Positions 17,618-27,097 of a stretch of 45,831 bases of DNA are shown piece after piece; within the stretch, counting starts at the first letter, position 1, and the number at the start of each line of letters is the position of its first letter. This DNA is from Candidatus Omnitrophota bacterium (GTDB lineage: Bacteria > Omnitrophota > Gorgyraeia > JABMRN01 > RBG-13-46-9). The notes under the pieces are model-generated. The model made no database searches, was not told where the DNA came from, and saw only the letters and a list, made by a program, of their open reading frames with translations. Made by a program: the position numbers and the translations under genes. The stretch spans positions 1 through 45,831 of the forward strand of contig JABMQJ010000002.1 in NCBI GenBank assembly GCA_013203315.1, given 5' to 3'.

Positions 17618-18097
17618 CTACCCGCATACCAAAGATATCCAGCTACCTACGTAGTGCGTAATAATGATGACTATAATAGCAATGCCGATATGTTCTGCCG
17701 CAACCTTCCATGGTTTTTCATTTTGTTTTCTAGCCATGCCATAACTAAAAACACAAAGCATTGCAAGTCCCCATATTATACTTATTGCGATTGCTTTCGA
17801 AAGCTCGAACAGTAAAACCGGGATAACGAACGTAAGCGCAAAAACAAACTTTGACAAAAAAGTGGAAATTGTAGCCGCCCATATCTGTTTATGCGTATGC
17901 TTACCCTCAGATTCTTCCGACACATGAATGCCTAGCGCGTCTGAAAATGCGTCGGCTATGGCTATGGTTAATATGCCGCCTATTACGGCAAGCTTTGAAT
18001 GCGTGCCCGCATTAAGCCCCACCATAAGTCCAAGAGTAGTAATTATACCCGAAGTCAATCCGAAACTAAATCCTATCGTCAACGAATGTCTTAACAC
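17618..18097 (-). CDS. VIT1/CCC1 family membrane protein
   Basis: FGLTSGIITTLGLMVG...IADAFSDALGIHVSEESE signature; several TM segments. Confidence 0.75.
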   Translation of the reverse strand: MLRHSLTIGFSFGLTSGIITTLGLMVGLNAGTHSKLAVIGGILTIAIADAFSDALGIHVSEESEGKHTHKQIWAATISTFLSKFVFALTFVIPVLLFELSKAIAISIIWGLAMLCVFSYGMARKQNEKPWKVAAEHIGIAIIVIIITHYVGSWISLVCG

Positions 18098-19215
18098 TGT
18101 TCACCTATAATATTTTTTATCATTTCTCCGATCGCCAGGCAACTTGTAAGGCCCGGAGATTCTATACCTATTACATTTACGAAATTCGGAAAACCCTTCT
18201 CTTCTTCGTTTTTGACCACGAAATCCCTGAAATTCTCGCCCTTCTTCTGTAGTTTAGGCCTTATTCCAACGGTGTCAGGAATTAAGTCGGCTTCTTCCAG
18301 GGACGGTAAGAATTTCGAAACAGAATCAAAAAATAGAGGCCGGGCCTGTTTTTCTTCGATATCGTAATCTATTTTATCTACGTATTTCGCATCAGGGCCG
18401 AGCCTAAGACCGCCTGCTAAATCCGGCGTAACATGAATTCCGAGATCTATAACGCCCGGTGGCGGATAAACAAGGTGTTTTACGGAAAACTTTTTAGGGT
18501 TCCTTATTCTGAAATACTGTCCCCTGCAATAATGAATTCTGTAACCTGACTCTTCCGGATCGATGCCTATGAACTCCGCAATCTTGTCGGATTGAAGCCC
18601 CGCACAGTTAATTACGCATCTTGCGCGAAAAGAAAATGAGTCTCCCTTCGGCTCTTTTACCTCTATCTTATAAGAAGCGCCTTCTTTTTTTATATTTGTG
18701 ACTTCAACTGAAAAGGCAAAATTAACATTATTATTTTTTGCTGCCTGATGAAGAAATTTCATCAGAGCATGAGAATCTATAATACCAGTATCCGGTGAAA
18801 AAATAGCCTTTTGGGCGGTAACATCCGGCTCTAATGCCTTTATTTCTTTTTTATCTAAAAGCCTTAGATTTTTAACGCCGCATTCTGTGGCATTTTTGTA
18901 GATACTATCGAGTTTTTCCAGCCCTTCACTGTCACTGGCCAAGATGAGTTTTCCTAATTTCCGGTACGGAATATTGTACTTGTCGCATAAATCATAAAGA
19001 AGATTTTTGCCGTGAATGCACGTTTTGGATTTTAGGCTATCTTTGGGATAATAGATCCCGGCATGGATAACCTCTGAATTCCTGGAACTTGTTTCCTGCC
19101 CGAAAGAAGGATTTTTTTCAATTACCATTATGTCTTTTCCGGATTTTGAAAGAGCATATGCCGTTGCAAGGCCGATGACGCCTGAGCCTATAATTGCGAT
19201 GTCGACTTTTTCCAT
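18091..19215 (-). CDS. FAD-dependent oxidoreductase, L-2-hydroxyglutarate dehydrogenase (LhgO)-like
   Basis: IIGSGVIG, ETSSRNSEVIHAGIYY, INCAGL, LGIHVT.D, GIRPK and GIESPGLTS motifs. Confidence 0.8.
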   Translation of the reverse strand: MEKVDIAIIGSGVIGLATAYALSKSGKDIMVIEKNPSFGQETSSRNSEVIHAGIYYPKDSLKSKTCIHGKNLLYDLCDKYNIPYRKLGKLILASDSEGLEKLDSIYKNATECGVKNLRLLDKKEIKALEPDVTAQKAIFSPDTGIIDSHALMKFLHQAAKNNNVNFAFSVEVTNIKKEGASYKIEVKEPKGDSFSFRARCVINCAGLQSDKIAEFIGIDPEESGYRIHYCRGQYFRIRNPKKFSVKHLVYPPPGVIDLGIHVTPDLAGGLRLGPDAKYVDKIDYDIEEKQARPLFFDSVSKFLPSLEEADLIPDTVGIRPKLQKKGENFRDFVVKNEEEKGFPNFVNVIGIESPGLTSCLAIGEMIKNIIGEQC

Positions 19216-19224
19216 CTGTAATGC

Positions 19225-19719
19225 TTAAAATTTATCCCAGTGTATCACGTCTTCTAACTTGCGGGACTTAACTTGTGCAGATTTTTCTTTCGGCCAACCC
19301 AGCGATATGAGGCTTACAAGCTTTAGTTCCGGCGGCGCACTTAAAAGCTTTGAAACCTCGCCTGTGTAGGGTTTTTTATCGCCGGCGACCCAGCAGGCGC
19401 CTAACCCGAGATCTGCGGCCGCAAGTAGGACATTTTCGGTAGCAGCCGAACCGTCTTCGAGGTAATATTTTGTATCCTTACAAAATATGGCTATGCAGGA
19501 GCCGGCGCTTTTTATAAAACTGCCGGTTGAAGCGATTTCTCCAAGTTTTTTCAGTTTTTCTTCATCAGTTATCACCACAAATTCCCACGGCTCAACGGCC
19601 CTTGCCGTTGGCGCGCGGCGGCCCGCGTCTACAAGCTTTTCCAACAAGTTTTTCGCAATAGGCTTCGCCTGGTATTCCCTTACGCTTTTTCTTTTGGATA
19701 TGGAGTCGAATGTTTCCAC
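19225..19719 (-). CDS. Nitroreductase family protein
   Basis: RKSVREY, APTA...PWEF and LAAADLGLGACW motifs. Confidence 0.88.
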   Translation of the reverse strand: METFDSISKRKSVREYQAKPIAKNLLEKLVDAGRRAPTARAVEPWEFVVITDEEKLKKLGEIASTGSFIKSAGSCIAIFCKDTKYYLEDGSAATENVLLAAADLGLGACWVAGDKKPYTGEVSKLLSAPPELKLVSLISLGWPKEKSAQVKSRKLEDVIHWDKF

Positions 19720-19738
19720 AATTTGGCCTTTCGTATAT

Positions 19739-20182
19739 TTAATATTTTTTAAATAACTTTTCGGTACTAAATTTTTTTATAATACGGCCTGTTAAGAAAT
19801 AAGAATAAAAGTGCGAGGCATTACTCATGTAATCCATGATTAAGTGCGCCGAGCATCCGATCGCGATTGCCATAAGATAGATATTTTTCGTGACTATCGC
19901 AAATATCCAAAGCAGAAATAATAGTTCAGCCGAGTGGAACACAAGATATACCCTGTCGAATTTCAGGTATCCTTTCTGCTTTTCTGTATGTTCGCATGCG
20001 GTAAACATATTTTTAATCGTAAAATTCCGCCAGTCATGGTGTATCATGAATTCTATGACGTGGTCCAAATCTATGAATATGCCGGAGGCAAAACATAAAA
20101 GCCCTGCATAGAAAGACCGGGTAGAAAACCATAAAATACCGCCGAGGGTTAACGAAACTGCGGCGTGGATTAACGGTTTCAT
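19739..20182 (-). CDS. Membrane-bound metal-dependent hydrolase-like protein
   Basis: N-terminal H, DLDH, FHS and HLIMD motifs in hydrophobic context (YbcI/YdjM-like). Confidence 0.6.
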   Translation of the reverse strand: MKPLIHAAVSLTLGGILWFSTRSFYAGLLCFASGIFIDLDHVIEFMIHHDWRNFTIKNMFTACEHTEKQKGYLKFDRVYLVFHSAELLFLLWIFAIVTKNIYLMAIAIGCSAHLIMDYMSNASHFYSYFLTGRIIKKFSTEKLFKKY

Positions 20183-20201
20183 TTTTTAGGCCTCTCGTAA
20201 T

Positions 20202-21368
20202 TTATAGCGACATCTTTAAGATTTCGACAATGTCTTTTTCGGATAGCTTTTTAAAGGAGCCGACCTGGCCGTGCGAGGTAATTGCTTTTTTCGCCATTTC
20301 TGCGAAACGGTCCCCTTTTATATTAACTTCGCTTAGTTTCGAAGGCAGGCCCAACGAATTGAAAAAATTCCTTGTCCTATCAATCGCTGCGCTTGCAATC
20401 TTCATTTCATCTTTGTCTTTTTTAATACCCCAGACGTTTACTCCGTATTCAGCAAATTTTTTCACTGTTTTTTGGCTTAAGGTAAATTTCATCCAGTTTG
20501 GAACTATTATCGCAAGCCCCACACCGTGGCTAATGTCATAAATTGCGCTTACTTCATGTTCAATGGCGTGAGATGCCCAGTCTCCGACTTTACCCATGTC
20601 CAAGAGATCGTTTATTGCCAGGGTATTTGCCCAAAGAATGTTTGCGCGTGCGATATAATCGCGCGGTTTTTCACATGTAACGGGACCGTATTGTATGCAC
20701 ACTTTCAAAAGCCCTTCTGCTATGCGATCTGATACGGCTGCTCCCGAATAATTGCTAAAATATTCTTCAAAAACATGCGCCATTATGTCTGCTATGCCCG
20801 CTGCGGTGTGGTATTCATTTACGCTGTATGTATATTCCGGGTCCAGTATCGAAAATACCGGTCGCGAAGTTTCTGATCCAAAAGCAAGTTTTTGCTGCGT
20901 GTCTTCTCTTGTAATTACCGCGAAGGTATCCATTTCAGAGCCTGTGGCCGCGAGTGTTACAACCGTTGCTACAGGCAGGCTGGCGGTACAGGCTACATCA
21001 TTTTCAAAAAAGTCCCAGACATCTCCCTTATACTTTACGCCGGCTGCTATTGTTTTGGCGGCATCGATAACGCTTCCGCCCCCTACTGCCAGGACAAGGT
21101 CCACCCCTTCCTTTTTGCAAATGTCTATGCCTTTGTAAACACTTTTCAGCCTGGGGTTGGGTTTTACGCCGGAAAGTTCGATATATGAAATCTTGGCTTT
21201 TTTTACTTCTTTTAATACGTCGTCAAATATACCGTATTTTTTTACGCTGCCACCGCCTGTTACGATTAATATTTTTTTAGCGCGGCTCTTTAACTCCTGG
21301 CTCAAAGCGCTTATTTGCCCCTTGCCGAAGTAGATTTTCGTGGGAATATGATACGTGAAGTTTTGCAT
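20202..21368 (-). CDS. Iron-containing alcohol dehydrogenase (butanol dehydrogenase-like)
   Basis: PTKIYFGKG, AVGGGSVIDAAK, TLAATGSE, HAIEHEVSA and HGVGLA motifs. Confidence 0.92.
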   Translation of the reverse strand: MQNFTYHIPTKIYFGKGQISALSQELKSRAKKILIVTGGGSVKKYGIFDDVLKEVKKAKISYIELSGVKPNPRLKSVYKGIDICKKEGVDLVLAVGGGSVIDAAKTIAAGVKYKGDVWDFFENDVACTASLPVATVVTLAATGSEMDTFAVITREDTQQKLAFGSETSRPVFSILDPEYTYSVNEYHTAAGIADIMAHVFEEYFSNYSGAAVSDRIAEGLLKVCIQYGPVTCEKPRDYIARANILWANTLAINDLLDMGKVGDWASHAIEHEVSAIYDISHGVGLAIIVPNWMKFTLSQKTVKKFAEYGVNVWGIKKDKDEMKIASAAIDRTRNFFNSLGLPSKLSEVNIKGDRFAEMAKKAITSHGQVGSFKKLSEKDIVEILKMSL

Positions 21369-21372
21369 CTTT

Positions 21373-21942
21373 TTAATCGAGTATTATATCTTCGAGTTTG
21401 CGTTTCGGTACATGATGTGTGCTTTTCCCGTCGCGCCAGTATTTTATATTTCCGTCGGATCCTGTAGTTTCGATCTCAATCTTTTCCTTAGGTCTGCCGA
21501 TGGCAAGAACAAGAAATATTTCGTATCGAGGCGGGATATTCAGGGTTTTTCGCAAACCCTCGCGATCTATCGAACCTATCATGCAACCACCAAGTCCGAT
21601 TTCAGTGGCGCCCAGAAGTATGCTTTGCGCAGCTATTCCGTGATCGCAATCAAATTTCTTGCAAATTTCGGTGTCGCCTAAAATGATTATATACGCCGAT
21701 GGCCTCTCCCCTTTTTCGGGTCCGGACCAGTCCTCCAGATATCCTGCCCATTTAAGATTGGGAAAAATTTTAGAATTTTTTTCAAGATCACATGAGAGTA
21801 TATACTTTAGCGGTTGCAGATTAGCTGCTGATGGAGAAAACCTCGCCAGATCAACGAGTTCCCTTAGCGTGTTCTTCTCTACGACGAAATTTTCCTCGAA
21901 ACGCCTGTAGCTTCTGTTTTTTAGTACAGTATTTTTTATCAC
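21373..21942 (-). CDS. Nitroreductase family protein
   Basis: NRSYRRF, SPSAANLQP and GIAAQSILLGA..GLGGC motifs. Confidence 0.88.
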   Translation of the reverse strand: MIKNTVLKNRSYRRFEENFVVEKNTLRELVDLARFSPSAANLQPLKYILSCDLEKNSKIFPNLKWAGYLEDWSGPEKGERPSAYIIILGDTEICKKFDCDHGIAAQSILLGATEIGLGGCMIGSIDREGLRKTLNIPPRYEIFLVLAIGRPKEKIEIETTGSDGNIKYWRDGKSTHHVPKRKLEDIILD

Positions 21943-21944
21943 TT

Positions 21945-22910
21945 TTAGCTATTTAAAACGTATTGGAACATAAGCGGGGCGACAATACTAGCGTCTGATT
22001 CGATCATGAATTTCGGTGTGTCAACGCCTAACTTTTCCCACGTGATCTTTTCGTTTGGCACAGCGCCGCTATAGGAACCGTAAGAAGTTGTGCTATCGCT
22101 AATCTGACAAAAATATCCCCAAAAAGGGCACTCTTTAGCTAAATCCTGTTTTATGAGTGGCACCACGCATATCGCGAAGTCACCTGCGATTCCTCCCCCT
22201 ATCTGAAAAAACCCTATTGAGCTATTTTTTGAATTCTCCAAATACCAGTCGATCAGATAGTTCATTTGTTCTAAACCGCTTTTTACAAAATTAAGGTCTT
22301 TGAATCGGCCCTGTCGCATATTGGCGACCAAGCCGTTACCCAGAGTGGAATCTTCCCAGCCCGGTGTAAAAATCGGTAAATTTTTCTCGCATGCAGCCAG
22401 AACCCAGCTATGCTTGGGATCTATTTCGTAATATTCTTTTAATTCCCCGCTTCGGATGAGTTCGTACATAAATTCGTACGGAAAAAGTCTTTTACCGCCG
22501 GCTTCGGCTTTTTCCCATATGAGGTAAAGTTTTTCCTGCAGCCTCCTGACCGCCTTTTCCTCGGGTATACAGGTATCGGTAACGCGGCTCAAGTGGGCTT
22601 TCCTTAGCCCGATTTCTTCTTCCGGGTGAAGATGCCTGTAATTCGGCACCCTTTTGTAACTGGCGTGGGCAATCAGATTAAATATATCCTCTTCCAGATT
22701 AGCGGCGGTGCATGAAATGCCGTGAATTTTATTTTTTCTTATCATCTCGCTTAAAGAAATACCTATCTCACCTGTTGAAAGCGCACCCGCCATGGCAAGA
22801 AACATTTTTCCGCCCCCTTTAAGATGCCGAACCCAGGCTTCCGAAGCCTCAGTTACAACCGCGGCGTTAAAATGTTTGAAATTTTCGTTTACGAATTTTT
22901 TTATGTCCAT
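21945..22910 (-). CDS. Deoxyhypusine synthase-like protein
   Basis: HFNAA, MAGALSTGE, RVTDTCIPEE, IGGGIAGD, SYSGAVPNEKITWEK (Lys retained) and SDASIVAP motifs. Confidence 0.85.
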   Translation of the reverse strand: MDIKKFVNENFKHFNAAVVTEASEAWVRHLKGGGKMFLAMAGALSTGEIGISLSEMIRKNKIHGISCTAANLEEDIFNLIAHASYKRVPNYRHLHPEEEIGLRKAHLSRVTDTCIPEEKAVRRLQEKLYLIWEKAEAGGKRLFPYEFMYELIRSGELKEYYEIDPKHSWVLAACEKNLPIFTPGWEDSTLGNGLVANMRQGRFKDLNFVKSGLEQMNYLIDWYLENSKNSSIGFFQIGGGIAGDFAICVVPLIKQDLAKECPFWGYFCQISDSTTSYGSYSGAVPNEKITWEKLGVDTPKFMIESDASIVAPLMFQYVLNS

Positions 22911-22914
22911 GTTT

Positions 22915-23388
22915 TTATAATAATTTTGATATTTGATCCCGACATTCCTTGGCGCTTTCGGCCTGTTGGAGTGATGTCATCGCCTGAACGCGCGCGCCCT
23001 TTGCCTCAAGGCCTTTTTTCATAACTTGGAGGGCTTTGTCTTTTCCGGCGCCGCTTCCGTAAGTCACAAACAGGATCGCAGTCTTGCCCTCCAGCGAGCT
23101 GCACTCATTAAGGTAGGAATTAATTGCCGGGGCCGGCTTGAATGCCCATACAGGGCTCCCTATGATAACGCGGTCAAAATCCTTAAGATCCAAAAGAGTT
23201 CTATAAAGTTCCGGTTTCTTTCCGAGAAATGCCTCCCTGCACTGCATTATAAACGATGTTTCTTCCTTAAGTGGCCTTATCCTGATTGGAGTGGCTTCCT
23301 CGCCTTTGTTTTTTAATAAGTCAATTATAAGCTGCGCCACGCGATGCGTATTACCTGAATAGGAATAATAAACTACTGCGGATTTCAT
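22915..23388 (-). CDS. Flavodoxin family protein
   Basis: YYSYSGNT, IGSPVW and FVTYGSG motifs. Confidence 0.85.
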   Translation of the reverse strand: MKSAVVYYSYSGNTHRVAQLIIDLLKNKGEEATPIRIRPLKEETSFIMQCREAFLGKKPELYRTLLDLKDFDRVIIGSPVWAFKPAPAINSYLNECSSLEGKTAILFVTYGSGAGKDKALQVMKKGLEAKGARVQAMTSLQQAESAKECRDQISKLL

Positions 23389-23410
23389 ACTTTACCTCCT
23401 CCGACAGATT

Positions 23411-24043
23411 CTATTTGGTGTAGGTATAATTTACGATTTTGTGCTTACTCAAATCCAGATTGGGTACGATAATGATTGCTTTATCTTCGGCTAAGAACTT
23501 GGATCTCCGGACGCCTATATCCAGCACTTTGACAATTTCTCCAGACGGGATCTTGATCTTATCCCCTACCTTAAACGGCACGTCAATCATGATAAGAAAA
23601 CCGGCGATAACGTTTGCAATGGTATCCTGCGCAGCCAGCGCGATAGCAAGGGAGCCGACGCCTAAGGCTGCTATTAAAGCGCTTATATTTACTCCGTAAA
23701 ATGGTAAGATAATGAGGAGGGCAATCGACCAGATGATAACTTTAAATGTTCTTCTAAAAATAGGAATTAATTGATCATCGAGCCGTGTCTTAGTTTTAGA
23801 GGCTATAGTTTCCTTATACCAGTCAAAAACCGCGCCGGCAATTCTATGAATTATAAAAGCTATACATATGGCAAACGCTGTACTTACATATTTCTTTAAG
23901 GCCTGATGAAATTCCGGTGAAACCGCGGGAAATATCTTTATCCTGTAAAATATGTAACACCCGATGAGTAAAGCAAATATTGCAGTAGGTAGGAAAGATT
24001 TTTTTACTATCTCCCAGCTAATTTTATTAGAAACCTTTGCCAT
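23411..24043 (-). CDS. Short MscS-family mechanosensitive channel
   Basis: AALGVGSLAIALAAQDTIANVIAG, PFKVGDKI, IIVPN; ends right after the beta domain. Confidence 0.85.
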   Translation of the reverse strand: MAKVSNKISWEIVKKSFLPTAIFALLIGCYIFYRIKIFPAVSPEFHQALKKYVSTAFAICIAFIIHRIAGAVFDWYKETIASKTKTRLDDQLIPIFRRTFKVIIWSIALLIILPFYGVNISALIAALGVGSLAIALAAQDTIANVIAGFLIMIDVPFKVGDKIKIPSGEIVKVLDIGVRRSKFLAEDKAIIIVPNLDLSKHKIVNYTYTK

Positions 24044-24066
24044 TTTTAAGCCTCCTAAAGTGTATT

Positions 24067-24095
24067 ATTATACTCTGAAAAATACAATGCCTCAA
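24067..24095 (-). promoter_or_regulatory. Promoter of the mscS-to-VIT operon
   Basis: TTGAGG-17-TATAAT; AGGAGG RBS downstream. Confidence 0.6.
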
Positions 24096-24207
24096 GGTAA
24101 ATTTAGAGTATTAAATTTTTTATCACTTTTTCTTTCCAAAAATAAATAAATATGTTATACTGCAAATAGAATAACAAAGTTTTTTACAAACAATATACGG
24201 AGGTTTT

Positions 24208-25719
24208 ATGAAATTTGGCGGCAGGCTTCTCATTATCGGCTGCGGATCCGTTTCCCAGTGCGCCATTCCGCTTATACTTAAACTAATTGAAATGCCCCCG
24301 CAAAAAGTTACTATCATGGACTTTGTCGATAATCGCTCGCGCATAAAAGATGCGCTCGAAAGAGGAGTAAAATATGTTAACGACAGAATAACTGTGGAAA
24401 ACTTTACTCATCTTCTTCAAGAATACGTCGGGCCCGGCGACATGATTATCGATCTTGCCTGGAACATCGACTGCATGGCCATGGTCCAGTGGTGCCGGCT
24501 CAATAACGTCCTTTATGTCAATACTTCCGTAGAAGAATGGGATCCTTACAAGGATACAGAGCGCAATGATCCTACAAAGTATACCCTGTATTCCAGGCAT
24601 ATGCAAATTCGTAAAATGCTGGAAACATGGGGAGAGAATGACGGGCCCACCTCAGTTGTTGATCATGGTGCCAATCCGGGCCTTGTTTCACATTTTACGA
24701 AATACGCGCTTATCGATATCGCCAAGAAAATCCTGAAAGAAAAGCCGAAGGATCCAAGAAAAAAAGAATTGGAAAAAGCCTTGCAAGACAAAAATTTCGC
24801 TAAGCTCGCGCAAATAGAGGGCGTTAAAACTATTCACATAAGCGAGCGTGACACGCAAATCACCGATAAACCCAAAGAGGTAAACGAATTCGTTAACACA
24901 TGGAGCATTGAGGGCTTTTTTGAAGAAGGCGTTGCCCCTGCAGAACTAGGTTGGGGAACGCACGAACACTTAATTCCGCGTAATGCTTTTTTCCACAAGG
25001 TTGGCCCTGGCAATCAGATCTGCTTAGGCACTATCGGTATGAAAACGTGGGTGCGCTCCTGGGTTCCGTGCGGTGAAATTACCGGTATGGTTGTTCGCCA
25101 CGGAGAAGCGTTCAGCATCTCAGACCGCCTTACGATATGGGAAAACGGAAAAGCTGTTTACAGGCCCACCGTTCATTATGCGTACTGTCCGTCCAACGCC
25201 GCAATGAATTCGCTACACGAGCTTGAGATGAGGCAGTTCAAGCTGCAGGAAAGACAAAGAATAATGAGCGACGAAATCATAGACGGCCGCGACGAACTTG
25301 GCGTGCTTCTCATGGGGCACGATTTTAAATCGTGGTGGTGCGGAAGCATTCTTGACATACACGAAGCACGGCGTCTGGTCCCCCATCAACAGGCAACCAC
25401 GCTTCAGGTTGCAATATCAGTAGTAGCGGCCGCTATCTGGATGATAAAAAATCCGAAGAGCGGGTTTCGCATGCCTGATGATATCGATCATGAGGAAATT
25501 TTAAAAGTTTCCATGCCTTTCATAAAACCTTTTATATCGAAAGCGGTTGATTGGACACCCCTTAAAAATTTGAACACGAAGTTTACCAAGTTTGACGTAA
25601 ACCGTCCGAAAGAAGAAGACATGTGGCAATTCGCGACATTTTTAGTGGACCCCAAGCAAAGGCAAAACGTATATGAGCGCACTGACAGCACAAAACAAAA
25701 TGAAATCGCTAAAATTTAA
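24208..25719 (+). CDS. hss: Homospermidine synthase
   Basis: IGCGSV Rossmann motif, HGANPGLVSHF, IHISERDTQ, FVNTWSIEGF..EG..PAELGWG, HGEA, YRPTVHYAY, DELGVLL and ATTLQV motifs. Confidence 0.92.
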   Translation: MKFGGRLLIIGCGSVSQCAIPLILKLIEMPPQKVTIMDFVDNRSRIKDALERGVKYVNDRITVENFTHLLQEYVGPGDMIIDLAWNIDCMAMVQWCRLNNVLYVNTSVEEWDPYKDTERNDPTKYTLYSRHMQIRKMLETWGENDGPTSVVDHGANPGLVSHFTKYALIDIAKKILKEKPKDPRKKELEKALQDKNFAKLAQIEGVKTIHISERDTQITDKPKEVNEFVNTWSIEGFFEEGVAPAELGWGTHEHLIPRNAFFHKVGPGNQICLGTIGMKTWVRSWVPCGEITGMVVRHGEAFSISDRLTIWENGKAVYRPTVHYAYCPSNAAMNSLHELEMRQFKLQERQRIMSDEIIDGRDELGVLLMGHDFKSWWCGSILDIHEARRLVPHQQATTLQVAISVVAAAIWMIKNPKSGFRMPDDIDHEEILKVSMPFIKPFISKAVDWTPLKNLNTKFTKFDVNRPKEEDMWQFATFLVDPKQRQNVYERTDSTKQNEIAKI

Positions 25720-26863
25720 AACCGAGGTAACCCGGTCCAAGGCCGAGGTAAGCGGCATAGAAAGCCTGATACGTACGATGCTAAGAAAGCACCGCACGCC
25801 TTTCATGATAATAAAGCGCTGCGCGCTTCAAAAACAGTACCAGCGCTTCCGCAAATGCTTGCCTGATGTTATTCCGTATTACGCCATAAAAGCAAATCCC
25901 TATCCCGGCATTATTAAAACGTTTGTCAAGCTGGGGGCCAGCTTTGACGTCGCAAGTGCCGCTGAAATGAAACAGGTTCTTCGTCTTGGCGCAACGCCGG
26001 CAAAAATTATTTTCGCTAATACTATTAAATCCCCCGAAGACATTTCTGCCGCCAGAAAAAGAAGGGTACGCCTCATGACCTTCGATAATGAACCTGAGCT
26101 TTATAAGCTTGCGAAAGATTATCCCGGGGCGCGCGTGCTCTGCCGCATCAAAGTAGCCAATATTGGAAGCGTGGTCGAGCTTTCGCTTAAATTCGGCGCT
26201 GACCCGGACCAGGCCTTCTTCCTACTACGTAAAGCAAAGGCGCTCGGACTCGTGCCTGCCGGAGTAAGTTTTCACGTGGGCTCGCAATCAACTAATGTGG
26301 AAAATTATCTGCAGGCGCTTGAGATCTCATCCGGCATATTCGATCAGGCCAAGGAAAACGGCCTCCCGCTTAAGATCATGGACATAGGCGGGGGTTTTCC
26401 GATTCAGCATTTCGATAATGAGATAGGCATAAATTTTGAAAGAATGGCTTCGCATATAAAAAAGCAGACGAAAATGCTTTTTGATAAAAATGTTAAGTTT
26501 ATCGCAGAGCCCGGGCGCTTTTTGGCAGGTCCCGCCGGAATTTTAGTCACGCAGGTTATAGGAAGGACCTTCCGCAATAATAAAAATTACTATTATTTAA
26601 ATGACGGCATTTACGCTGATTTTTCCGGTATAGTGTTTGACCATTGCAGATATGAGTTTAAGACCTTGCGGCGCGGACAAAAATTCCTGAGTACGCTCGC
26701 GGGACCGACCTGCGATTCCCTTGACACGCTCTCTGCAAACGAAGAGATTCCGGAACTTTACGTAGGCGATGTGGTTTATGTGAAAAATATCGGCGCCTAC
26801 TCCTCTGCAAGCGCAACCCCCGGCTTCAACGGTTTTCCTCCCGCCAAGATCATAATAGTCTAG
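25673..26863 (+). CDS. Ornithine (or lysine/ornithine) decarboxylase, alanine-racemase fold (alternative start 25700)
   Basis: YAIKAN, FDVAS, KFGA, FHVGSQ, DIGGGF, AEPGRF, GPTCDSLD and NIGAY motifs. Confidence 0.9.
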   Translation: MSALTAQNKMKSLKFKTEVTRSKAEVSGIESLIRTMLRKHRTPFMIIKRCALQKQYQRFRKCLPDVIPYYAIKANPYPGIIKTFVKLGASFDVASAAEMKQVLRLGATPAKIIFANTIKSPEDISAARKRRVRLMTFDNEPELYKLAKDYPGARVLCRIKVANIGSVVELSLKFGADPDQAFFLLRKAKALGLVPAGVSFHVGSQSTNVENYLQALEISSGIFDQAKENGLPLKIMDIGGGFPIQHFDNEIGINFERMASHIKKQTKMLFDKNVKFIAEPGRFLAGPAGILVTQVIGRTFRNNKNYYYLNDGIYADFSGIVFDHCRYEFKTLRRGQKFLSTLAGPTCDSLDTLSANEEIPELYVGDVVYVKNIGAYSSASATPGFNGFPPAKIIIV

Positions 26864-26889
26864 GGCGATCCTCTTCCTAATATCATATC

Positions 26890-26918
26890 TTGACTTTTAA
26901 AATTGCGGTTGTTATAAT
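26890..26918 (+). promoter_or_regulatory. Promoter of the tRNA Pro-Arg-His cluster
   Basis: TTGACT-17-TATAAT. Confidence 0.75.
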
Positions 26919-26995
26919 AAAAAAAATTGTATTCCCTCGGTTGCTTCTATGGAATCGCAACCTCGGGATGAATTTTTCTTTAAGCGAAAAATTCA

Positions 26996-27071
26996 CGGGG
27001 CGTAGCGAAGCTTGGTTTATCGCGCCTGGTTTGGGACCAGGAGGTCGTCAGTTCGAATCTGACCGCCCCGA
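26996..27071 (+). tRNA. tRNA-Pro(TGG), CCA not encoded
   Basis: CGGGGCG acceptor stem, CCTGG-TTTGGGA-CCAGG anticodon arm, GTCAG-TTCGAAT-CTGAC T arm. Confidence 0.95.
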
Positions 27072-27097
27072 CTCTTTACAAATTTGGTTGTCGTAAA

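Noticed and set aside
26890-27096. 68-aa ORF (likewise 2304-2570, 40280-40505 and 45616-45798)
   Set aside because: They overlap promoters, tRNAs or repeats and show no coding evidence.
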